Positions 8,987-18,300 of a stretch of 32,000 nt of DNA are shown here, piece by piece. The DNA is taken from assembly GCA_000025185.1 (NCBI GenBank), contig CP001848.1, positions 5,790,001-5,822,000 on the forward strand. The letters run 5' to 3'. The notes beneath the pieces are model-generated. The model did not search any database and was not told the origin of the DNA. It saw only the letters and a list, made by a program, of their open reading frames with translations. The stretch's first letter is position 1; each line of letters begins with the position of its first letter. The position numbers and the translations under genes were made by a program. Source of the stretch: Pirellula staleyi DSM 6068. Its GTDB lineage: Bacteria; Planctomycetota; Planctomycetia; Pirellulales; Pirellulaceae.

Positions 8987-9883
8987 ATGGGCAAACCAAT
9001 GGACAATGAATTGAACGAACAGGATTTGAGCGGCAGCGGAATGATAGCTCAAACTACAACTAGCACATTCAATGGCAAGGGCCCAGATGCTCCCGTGGCT
9101 TGGTATGGCGGCAAGTACTATCTCGCCCGCTGGATCATCGAACTCCTGCCCGATCATCGTGTCTACGTCGAACCGTATGGCGGCATGGCCAATGTGTTGC
9201 TCAAGAAACACCCCAGTGAGGTCGAGATTTTCAACGATCTGGATGGTCGCGTGGTCAACTTGTTCCGTGTACTAAGGGATCAAGATAAGTTTGAAGAACT
9301 GAAGCGACTTGCAGAACTCACCCCCTATAGCCGTCAGCAGTTCGCGGAATTGTGCGAGATACCTGAGCCGACTGATCCGGTTGAGAAGGCGTATTGGTTT
9401 TTCGTCCGCTGCCGACAGGCTCGGGGCGGCATCGGCATGTCGAATATCACTGCCAATGCTTGGGCGACGAGTACCCGAACCAGGCGTGGCATGCCGGAGC
9501 CAATTTCAAAATACCTCTCTGCATTGGATGGACTCTCCGACGTTGCGGATCGGTTCCGCCGAGTCATGGTGGAATCGCTCCCTGCCATCGAGCTCATCAA
9601 AAAATACGATGGTCCAGAAGTGCTGTTCTATTGTGATCCTCCCTATCTCAGTTCAACTCGACACGATGGCAAAGCAGCAACCTACCACGTGGAGATGACC
9701 GATGCCGATCACGAAGCACTCCTGCTTCAACTTCAGAAGTGTGTCGGCAAGGTCGTACTCAGTGGCTATCCGTCACCACTCTACGACCGACTACTGAGCA
9801 ATTGGCGACGCGTCGAACGGCCAATGAAGGTCCAGTTTTCAAATTCTGGTGCCGATCGTGTGGAAGTTCTTTGGATTGGGTAG
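8987..9883 (+). CDS. D12-class (Dam-like) N6-adenine DNA methyltransferase, no partner endonuclease recognised
   Basis: 298 aa. WYGGKYYLARWIIELLPDHRVYVEPYGGMANVLL is the SAM-binding region, followed by NDLDGRVVNLF and the catalytic FYCDPPYL. Confidence 0.9.
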   Translation: MGKPMDNELNEQDLSGSGMIAQTTTSTFNGKGPDAPVAWYGGKYYLARWIIELLPDHRVYVEPYGGMANVLLKKHPSEVEIFNDLDGRVVNLFRVLRDQDKFEELKRLAELTPYSRQQFAELCEIPEPTDPVEKAYWFFVRCRQARGGIGMSNITANAWATSTRTRRGMPEPISKYLSALDGLSDVADRFRRVMVESLPAIELIKKYDGPEVLFYCDPPYLSSTRHDGKAATYHVEMTDADHEALLLQLQKCVGKVVLSGYPSPLYDRLLSNWRRVERPMKVQFSNSGADRVEVLWIG

Positions 9884-9934
9884 TAAAGTTCCACTGGCAG
9901 GTAGTATTTAGTTTACATATCAACTTGTGTTCAA

Positions 9935-10468
9935 ATGGGAATGGCAGTGAAGGCAGGGAAAATGACGATGAATACTGAAAACGCACAAAAAGATCAGGTT
10001 ACCAAAGCGGCAGCGACAGAAAGCGAAATCCCATCGCAGGAAACGCGTCCCACTCCACCACCTGGAATTCAAGGAGCAGAAATAGAGCGATGGCGGACGT
10101 TTGAGCAAGATAAGTTGTTCCCTGTCACTCAAGCCGCATTCACAACCCAGCGTTTAGCTGTCTATTCCTACAAGATTAGAATAAGAAGTGACAATCTTCC
10201 ACGAACCGTCTTTTTGGGATTTGACATAGATTGCGAATTTCCTCTACTGATTGTTTCCGCGACTGTGTGGTTAAAATCGCCCTATATCGGGAACAACGTG
10301 GAGTGGATTGAAGTGATTGAGTCACACAAGCGTGCCGGTTTCGCAACCGAGTTCTGGCATGGTCTCAAGGAACACCTTGGCGGAGAGTTGACTGGTACAC
10401 CTGTCACCGAGTCGGGACATGGATTCCACAGCTCGTTGCAAGAGCAGAAATCACCAGTTTCAGCGTAG
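9935..10468 (+). CDS. Hypothetical protein, possibly GNAT-like in the C-terminal half
   Basis: 177-aa ORF 52 nt downstream of the methyltransferase. VEWIEVIESHKRAGFATEFWHGLKEHLG loosely resembles GNAT motif A. This is weak, and the start is uncertain (ATG 9935 or 9962). Confidence 0.4.
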   Translation: MGMAVKAGKMTMNTENAQKDQVTKAAATESEIPSQETRPTPPPGIQGAEIERWRTFEQDKLFPVTQAAFTTQRLAVYSYKIRIRSDNLPRTVFLGFDIDCEFPLLIVSATVWLKSPYIGNNVEWIEVIESHKRAGFATEFWHGLKEHLGGELTGTPVTESGHGFHSSLQEQKSPVSA

Positions 10469-10724
10469 GGAACTCGCTAGCCCTCTGGCGATTAACGAGC
10501 GTGTCGCCAGGGTGGAGCATTGCCTCCAAAGCAAAAAAATTCCCGCCCGAATGCCAAGGCAGCAAGGCGGGCGTAGTCCGTAGTACTTGCGACTGCACAT
10601 TCTTTGCTGACAGCCGAAGGCCAATCCTGGCAACGATGACATGCCGATCATTGAAAGTCGTCATTGCCCGGTTTCTACGCCATTCAGTTCAATCGTTAAG
10701 ATGCTTCTTTCAGAAGAGCAGCTC

Positions 10725-11195
10725 GAAAGCCATTCTTGCGGACAAGACTTACCGTGAGTATCAAAAATGAAATCGAGATGTACTTCGAAACTATCTTCGA
10801 GCAATCTTAGAGCTCGTCGAAATTCTCATCGCTTCCCAAGAGCCCTTCGATCCGACTAGTCAACTCGGATCACGTGCTAATAGCTGACGATGGAGGTATC
10901 GACGAACCTTTCGAGCGGCGGCTGCTCAAGGTTTTGGAGCGACATCGACTCCAGGTCACCAAGCTCCCAGCCTTTCATGTTCAGGAAGCCACTAGTGGCA
11001 TTCCTTCGGTGGTCGACCGTTACGTCTACCATCTGGCGACATCGCAGGTGCTCGTGGCGTTGTTTAACCATGCTCTAGATATGGTCGCATTCATGACCCT
11101 GCAGCAGGTTTCTCATGATCTGCCACCTTTGCCGCACTGCGTTGGCAAGTGCAGGAGGCGTTTTGGACTGCATCGGGGCATCCTATCGCGTCTAA
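10725..11195 (+). pseudogene. Decayed copy of the 3' half of the deiminase-family gene (paralogue of 8291-8798)
   Basis: The nucleotide alignment to 8291-8798 is visible by eye. TGG is changed to TGA (source NQNWNRD, copy YQK*NRD). The segment encoding GHADGMVRFIDR is largely deleted and the frame is broken. The remnant ORF 10874-11203 reads DEPFERRLLKVLERHRLQVTKLPAFHVQEAT against the intact DQPFEQRLLKVLERHQLQVTKLPALHVQEAT. Confidence 0.8.
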
Positions 11196-11639
11196 ATCAC
11201 TAGGGCTCGATGCCCTCAAGCAATCGCCTTGGAGACTGCTCGCATCTCCGCTCTCGCCCTTTGCGACGGGTAGTTCGGTGGTCCCCCTTCGAGCAAACCC
11301 ATGGCCAAAAAAAAGCTACCGAAGAACATTTTGCAGTACCTGATCCAAGAGGTTTGGCAGATTCCATCTGTTATGCGAGATCATTCGCATGTCGACACGT
11401 GTAACTGGCTCGACCATCCCGCTAAAGACGGTCAGATTCGAACCACCTGTCGCCAATGTGGCTGTTTCCTCGGCTACCGCCCCCGCAAGAGTGCCGAGCG
11501 GGGCTGGCGAACGATCAGTGCAAGACCACCAAAACCAAGTATCATATTCTCATGACCAAAGGAGTTGAACCCAATTGCTATCTCGCCGTAGACTCGACAC
11601 GATGATGGAACTATGAGATGAGTGCATTATGTCCCTTGC

Positions 11640-11915
11640 ACCAGTCGAACCGCCGGTAAGACTCCGAAAACGCGAGCAAAGCTATCTCGGGATTCAGCGA
11701 GACAAAGCACTGTGTGTCATCAACATCGATGAACTCACAAGACCTGAAACCCCAAGACCTTGCCGCCCCAAGGCACATCGACCTGAAGCTCGACTCGGAC
11801 TCGTAAGCCAACTTGCTGGCGAGCACCTAGGACAAAGCTGCTTTCCTGGTGAAGGTCGACTTGAAGAGAGATGAAAGCTCAGAAACGAAGCGATTTCAAA
11901 CGCTGGCGCGAAGAA
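11640..11915 (-). pseudogene. Fragment of a class-3 lipase gene (paralogue of about 25640-25915), lacking start and catalytic Ser
   Basis: ORF 11611-11826 reads LASKLAYESESSFRSMCLGAARSWGFRSCEFIDVDDTQCFVSLNPEIALLAF. The intact lipase reads LASKLAYESEQSVKSTCLGSARSWGFSSCEFIDVDETQCFVALTPEIALVAF. Nucleotide similarity continues to about 11915, and no GHSLG region is present. Confidence 0.7.
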
Positions 11916-12285
11916 GTCGATTAACCTTGCAACATAGCCCCATACAAGCCATACGAAGCTGCCCGGCTTTCACAAGGTAAAACCACTGAGGGAATCGGCG
12001 ACCCGATGGAAATTGACACATGCAGTGGATTAGTCCATGCGTATGCCGGAAGAATTGTGTTGTTGGCCATTTTCCACGCCTCTTATATTTACTATGGACT
12101 GACACCTGGACGTTAATTCCTTAGCTGCTCAGGACTCGCCAGTGCGTCACCACAAACTTTCGCTGCCTAGGTTGTCTTCAGGCTGGCACAAGGTATCTTG
12201 AGCCTACGATGACGCCCCCCACACATGAGCAAATGGCCAACTTGCCCCTTGGCCGCTTCTTCAGCCATCTTCGGAATAACCAAAA

Positions 12286-12900
12286 ATGTGGTTCTACGAC
12301 GCAAACAAACTGGCAGGCGCAATTCTTAGGCTTTATTGCCCAGTCACTCTCTCGTATACGTCTGGAACAACTCTTCCGGACGGAGGCTTCATCCTGGCAT
12401 GCAATCATGAGTCATACCTTGACCCTTGGTTTCTAGGGACTGTGTTTCCTCGCCGAATCCGTTTCCTCATTACGCATGAATGGTATTTCCGAAGCCGATG
12501 GTGGACTAACTTCTTTAGCGCACTGGGCACGATTCCTGTCAACCCCGCAAAACCGCTCTCAGCAATAAAGAGGGCCCGAGACCACTTGAAAAATGGTGAT
12601 GTCGTCGGCATCTTTCCTGAAGGACAGATTTCATGGACGGGGGAGTTGCTGCCCTTCCAACCGGGATTGGATTTGCTGTCGAAAACTGCGGACAGTCCAG
12701 TTGTGCCTGTCGCCCTCGTAGGAGCGAGAAATGTTTTGCCTGCCAACTGCCGACTACCGAGACCAAGGAAAGTGAGTGTACTCATTGGCAACCCATTTCG
12801 TCGCACGGAGATTGCGCATAGCTACACCGAAACCTTCTTAAACGACTTCATTCGAAACGAGGTGTCGCGACTGCGCCTTTGTCTCTCGACGGTTTGCTGA
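12286..12900 (+). CDS. plsC: 1-acyl-sn-glycerol-3-phosphate acyltransferase family (PlsC-like)
   Basis: 204 aa. It has the H-x4-D acyltransferase motif CNHESYLDP, FPEGQIS, and a PVVPVAL block. Confidence 0.85.
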   Translation: MWFYDANKLAGAILRLYCPVTLSYTSGTTLPDGGFILACNHESYLDPWFLGTVFPRRIRFLITHEWYFRSRWWTNFFSALGTIPVNPAKPLSAIKRARDHLKNGDVVGIFPEGQISWTGELLPFQPGLDLLSKTADSPVVPVALVGARNVLPANCRLPRPRKVSVLIGNPFRRTEIAHSYTETFLNDFIRNEVSRLRLCLSTVC

Positions 12901-12954
12901 TTGGTTACTGAAGTAGAAACTTAACGAACCACGCTATCTGGAGCGAACAGTTCA

Positions 12955-14088
12955 ATGGCATCATCACTCAAGTCGGCGGTCGCTCGGTCGCTCGCAGATG
13001 CCGACATCATCATCGGCGGATCGCGCGCGTGGGACATCACTGTGCACGACACCCGTATGTACACAGCCTTGGCGACATCAGGCTCTCTGGGGGCAGGCGA
13101 GTCTTACATGAACGGATGGTGGGACTGTGATGCACTTGACCAGATGGCAGAGCGGTATCTCCGCAGCATCTCAACATCGAAAATTGCCGGTGGTCGCTTT
13201 TATGGCCTTCTTGAGCGCATCCGCGCGAAATACATCGACCTGCAAGTCGGCCTTGGTGGGCGAGAAATCGCCCGAGTTCACTACGACCTTCCGTCCGATC
13301 TGTTCGAGTCAATGCTCGGTCCAACCATGAATTATTCGTGCGGATATTGGCGCGAAGCCAATGATCTGACGACAGCTCAAAATGCGAAAATGCATTTAAT
13401 CTGCCGAAAGCTTGGACTTCGGCCTGGAATGCGCGTCCTTGACGTTGGTTGTGGTTGGGGCGGTCTGATTCAGTTTGTGGTACGTGAATACTCATGCAGC
13501 GTGGTAGGAATAACGGTGTCGGCCGAGCAAGCACGCTACGCGTCGAAGAAATGCAACGCCTCTTCAAGCGAAGTTTATTTACTCGACTACCGTGACCTTC
13601 GGCCTGAGACTCACGGCACCTTTGATGCTATCACATCCGTTGGGATGCTTGAGCATGTCGGTCCCCGAAACTACGCTCGCTATTTCGACATTATGCGCCG
13701 ACTCCTCAAGCCATCTGGATTGCTCCTTGTGCAATCGTTTGGGAGAGAACGGAGCGAACCGGTGGACCGATGGATAAACCGATACATATTCCCCAACAGC
13801 TATGTACCAAATGGCACAGAACTGCTCACAGCCACGCGAGGCCGATTCATCGTCGAGGATTGGCACAATTTCGGAGCGGATTATGACCGCACACTATTGG
13901 CGTGGCACACCAACTTCGAGAATTGGGCAATAGACAAATGGAAAGTGACAGCCCCAAAACGATACCGAATGTGGCGCTACTATTTGTTGACATTCGCAGC
14001 TGGTTTTCGAGTAAGGGACCGCGTGCAATTGTGGCAAATCGTGTTGTCTCCCGAAGGTGTCCCCAAAGGCTACGTCTCACTGCGATAG
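12955..14088 (+). CDS. cfa: Cyclopropane-fatty-acyl-phospholipid synthase family SAM-dependent methyltransferase
   Basis: 377 aa. The SAM motif is VLDVGCGWGGL, and YSCGYW, SVGMLEHVG and FPNSYVP are typical CMAS-family blocks. Confidence 0.9.
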   Translation: MASSLKSAVARSLADADIIIGGSRAWDITVHDTRMYTALATSGSLGAGESYMNGWWDCDALDQMAERYLRSISTSKIAGGRFYGLLERIRAKYIDLQVGLGGREIARVHYDLPSDLFESMLGPTMNYSCGYWREANDLTTAQNAKMHLICRKLGLRPGMRVLDVGCGWGGLIQFVVREYSCSVVGITVSAEQARYASKKCNASSSEVYLLDYRDLRPETHGTFDAITSVGMLEHVGPRNYARYFDIMRRLLKPSGLLLVQSFGRERSEPVDRWINRYIFPNSYVPNGTELLTATRGRFIVEDWHNFGADYDRTLLAWHTNFENWAIDKWKVTAPKRYRMWRYYLLTFAAGFRVRDRVQLWQIVLSPEGVPKGYVSLR

Positions 14089-14109
14089 TGGCGAACTTGA
14101 TTGTCAATA

Positions 14110-15330
14110 CTACACAACACCACGGTTCCGTTTTGCGACAGATACTATAGCACGTTCAGCACCCCGAAACACTGGGTTTGCATGCCACACAACGGTTCCA
14201 GCTTCAAAACTGATGTTATCAATATTGTCAAGCATCCAATCGCACGCGGTGATGGCAATAATTCTTGCAAGTGGTGCTCCAAGGCAATAATGCACACCCC
14301 ACCCAAAACCCAGATGGCCCGACACATCTCTTTTAACGTCCATTGTCCCAGGCGATGAAAATGCATTTTCGTCACGATTTCCACTACCGAACAATAGAAC
14401 GACATTGTTGCCCTGAGGAATGATTGTTCCAGACAACAGGGAATCACGTGTGGCTTGCCTTGCTGACATTTGAATAGGTGACTCTAATCTGGCAGTCTCC
14501 TCGATAGCATTCGGTAACAATGCTCTCTCGTCCTGCAGCAATGAGTACTGCGACTTGTTGCTACTAAAGAGTAACATTGCATTGAACAAAAGGTCTGTGG
14601 TTGTTTGAAGCCCAGCGCTAACCACCCCGACAACATTGGAGACAATCTCCGTCTCACTAAGTCCTCCGCCTGAAGCTCTGTGAAATATCCATTCACCAAG
14701 TATCGAATCTCGCGGAACTACACCATTGTGACGATGAATTAGCGGTGTCAAGTATTCGTCAACCTTCTGTGCCGCATCTACCGCGCAAATTAGACGCTGA
14801 TCGAGCGGAACGAATGAGAATCCGAGAAACTCATAAATATCACTCGTCCATTGGCGAAGCTTACTAAAGTCTGCGGGGGGGAGTCCGAGCACTTGTGCGA
14901 ACACGTTTGTTGACAGCTTGGTGCAAAAACATTCAACTGCGTTCCATGAATCATTTAGGTCGATGTGGTCGACAACCTTCTTAAGCTCGGATATCACTAC
15001 ACTCTGAGCCATTCGCATCCGGGCAGGCAGGAATGCAGCACCAAGAGCTGTCTTCAGTCTTCGTCTACGATCACCATCTGTAAATAAAAGTCGATGGCCA
15101 AGGAGTCGAAACAGACTAGCAGCGCTTTCGCGTACTGAGGAATCCAATTGGTTGTAGTAGTGAGTTAATCGGTTGGACGCGAAATCTTCAGACGCAAGTA
15201 CCGTGCGAATGTCGTCATATCGGGCAACAAGCCAATACCCCATCTCGTCGTTATAGGCGATACCTGGCGTCGCTCTCAGTTGCGAGTACAACGCATAACG
15301 ATCGATTGCAAGTGCGTGTAAAATGGACAT
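14110..15330 (-). CDS. Cytochrome P450
   Basis: 406 aa. The ExxR motif is EETARLE and the heme-binding loop is FGWGVHYCLGAPLAR. Its ATG at 15330 lies 2 nt after the stop of the upstream 1358-aa gene (TAA 15335-15333). Confidence 0.9.
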   Translation of the reverse strand: MSILHALAIDRYALYSQLRATPGIAYNDEMGYWLVARYDDIRTVLASEDFASNRLTHYYNQLDSSVRESAASLFRLLGHRLLFTDGDRRRRLKTALGAAFLPARMRMAQSVVISELKKVVDHIDLNDSWNAVECFCTKLSTNVFAQVLGLPPADFSKLRQWTSDIYEFLGFSFVPLDQRLICAVDAAQKVDEYLTPLIHRHNGVVPRDSILGEWIFHRASGGGLSETEIVSNVVGVVSAGLQTTTDLLFNAMLLFSSNKSQYSLLQDERALLPNAIEETARLESPIQMSARQATRDSLLSGTIIPQGNNVVLLFGSGNRDENAFSSPGTMDVKRDVSGHLGFGWGVHYCLGAPLARIIAITACDWMLDNIDNISFEAGTVVWHANPVFRGAERAIVSVAKRNRGVV

Positions 15331-15332
15331 GG

Positions 15333-18300
15333 TTAGTCGCCTTGGACGACTTTACTAGGAGTAGCGCGACAATGTGAAATGTCACGACATTGTGTGAGTA
15401 TATCGATTAGCTTTTTAACTCCATACGCCTTAATCCGAGAGAATACAGCTGAGCCCTCGGACAACAACTCAATAAGCTTCGGACGAACAAACTCTGCATC
15501 GCCTTTGCTATAAACTGCCACTGACAATGCATACAAATAGTGAGCGAATGTGATTTCACGATGAACCTCGTCGATCGCGCTGTTCTGAATTTCAATGAAT
15601 GCGCGCTGTAAGGTTCGGTTCATTGGTGAGATGTTCGTTCTTCCATGCTCCTTTTGACACATCAGAGCGACAACGAATGGATCTGGTGCCTTACCAATAG
15701 CTGGCCAGAGAGATGGATACGGAATATCACCCTCGGCATTGAGCTTCTTCAAGTAGCACCATGCCACACTTTTTACAATCGCTGATATTTCGGCTCCCGC
15801 TGGGATATTCTCCCCCTTGATCCAATCCTGAAAGCGAGTGATGACTAGATTGCGATAGAAGTTGTCGTCATTCCGTAGTGCGTTTCGCCCTACGCCAGTC
15901 GCAAGAACCAATTGGGTAATGCCAGTCAGTGGGGTAGCAGATGTGAACAATGCATCGAGTGCGGGACCGTCAAATCGAATGTTTGCGATGCTACACATTG
16001 CCAAGAAGTTTCCAAGCACATACGGAGCTGTCGAAGCGGCCTCCATGAACGTTGCGAGTGTTTCGAGACTGACGGTAAACTCCTTGAGTCGTTCCCCAGC
16101 CATGCGGAACATAAGCTCGGTGCACGCCCCAAACGACAACTCATCAGGCTGGCTCCCTCGTGTGCAGCTCGCCAAGTAGAGTGCGGCCAATTGTTGCACC
16201 CAGTTGTCATGTGGAATTCGGTAAGTACGGCCGCGATACTCTGGCTCGCCAGGAATAGGATCATCTCCAAGTCGGGCGAAGACAGTCCTGTTAAGCAATG
16301 ACCTAAGGATGGAATCGTCAGCAAACAGGGGGAGCAACCGGGAGAGACGTGCGCGCTGAGACCGCACCTCCGGCGATTCAACGCCAGTCGGCGTATGTGA
16401 CCAGGCCTGGACGCGGGCAATCGCTTGAGACTGAATGTTGCGAAAGGACTGGCTACCTGGGTTGCTGCGAAAGAACTCCCAAGCCACAACAGAGCCCATG
16501 TCCCTCCACTGTTCTTCTGAGATCGCGGGAAAGGATTCGTTCAACCTTGAATCCCGTATCAACCATGAAAATGCTTCGTCGTAGATCGCTGTGACGGACT
16601 GCATTTGTTCATCTGGTATCGATTCAATATGAGGTCCGAGAATGGGCAGTATCAACGGTGATCGCACAAGTGGCTGTAGGGCCGGAGGCACTCGCTGCAA
16701 CTCTGATCTCAGGCGAGGATAGACGGTAAAAGCCTCTTCTTCGTTCGGCGCGCGAACAGTAAACCGCATCTGAGCCGAAGCAAGAGACTCACATTCGGGC
16801 AAGGTGGATCGAACGAAACTCACTAGGCGTGTCGCATTATTCAGCCCTGCTCCAGCAGGGTGCAGAACAACGCTCTGTATTACCCGCCTGATATCCGCCA
16901 CTTCAATCACGTTATGGTGACGGTCCAAAAACTCATCGACGGACTCAAGAAGCAGCAAACACTGTCCGTTATGCATCCAACGATAAACCCATTCGATCGA
17001 AATAGTGATGGGTGGTAGTCCGAATCGTTCTTTACTCTGATTCACTAGCAAGGACGCCATCTCGCACCAGGATCGAATGAGAAGATCCCACGCATGATTT
17101 GCATTCGCCTTAGGGCCGGAAAAGAGCGTCGCAACGTCTGTTGACGATATGTTCAACTGAGGTAGCAGCAGAAACATTGGCAAATGTTCTGGTTCAGTTG
17201 ACAATTGGCAGTATCGCAGGCACACGTCGCGGGCAAAGAAGCGAGCTAATACTGACTTTCCAACGTTTGCCTCGCCCTTCACTACCGCAATTGCCGGGCC
17301 ATTGCTGGCTTGTCGGGCAAATGCATTAAGCGTACTGAGTACTGCTACCTGTGGTCCGTCTTTACCCTGATTGTCCACTCCAAAAGGCTGAACACATCGG
17401 AAAGAAACCAGGAAGTCGTCCGCGCGACAAAGGGTCTCCCATGCAACGGCCAATGCAACTCCATCAAGCCAGCCCGAGAGGTGCCGTCGCAGGTGACTCT
17501 TCACGATATCGAAGTATGACTTGTTGACCTGCCGTATCGACGTGTGAGTCCGGCGAAAAGTGGCCGTTTCGGCATCCGTCCTCACCCAGAGTGTCTTGCC
17601 GTCCACTTCGCTCCGGTCTGCATAGTCTGTGACATGCGGCGCAATGACATTATCTGCCGCCGCAAGGTACTCAATTGCCAACGGGCGCGGCAGTCGAACC
17701 GCATCAAGGTCATTGATCAAGGAGACATACCGTTCCTCCAGTTTCCGAACATAGTCCCCGTGGTACTCCAATTGCCGGACAATCCGGTTATAACCGAAGT
17801 TCATGCCAAGCACGTTCAGCGAACGTAAGAGCGGCCAAAGCACCCACTCATAGACTCCGCCCCAGAAACGTGTCTTCCATTGATCACCACCAAAGTGGGG
17901 CACATCAAAATTGATGATTTGCCGCACAGCGAGAACTGCCAATCTCATGTCGCGGACAGGGGTCAATTCATCGTCGCTACGCCGCCCGGAAAGTTGACGT
18001 CGAAGCGAGATCTGAGAGTGCAACGCCTCTTCGTCAACGTCATTGCAAAGCCACTCCTTGACGACAAGTCCACCTGCGCTATGCGCGAGGACCAGGAGGT
18101 GCTGGTACCGGTCGAGTTCGGGCTTTATCAGGCTATGCAGTTGCCTGCCAGCCGCCGACAAGTCTGCCTCTTCAGTTAGCCCCGCCGGATAATTGAACAG
18201 CAGCGCATCGCATTCCAGCTTTAGGTGTTGTTGCACGGACAGATGGAGTTCGTCCCACGTTAAGCAATTGCTCCGAAAGCCATGCACCATGATCATCAAC

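Noticed and set aside
10533-10572. GC stem (CCCGCC at 10542-10547 pairing with GGCGGG at 10566-10571) adjacent to an A-run (10533-10539). On the minus strand this would read as a hairpin followed by a T-run, like an intrinsic terminator.
   Set aside because: The stem is only 6 bp and the loop is 18 nt. There is no minus-strand gene upstream that it could terminate, because the neighbouring sequences are plus-strand pseudogene remnants. It is probably a relic or chance.
11301-11555. 84-aa plus-strand ORF with a CRQCGC pair, in the gene-poor stretch between the two pseudogene fragments.
   Set aside because: It has no recognisable motif beyond two cysteines and no clear ribosome-binding site. 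It sits in a region full of decayed sequence, so support for a CDS call is insufficient. The same applies to 11896-12105 and 12178-12408.
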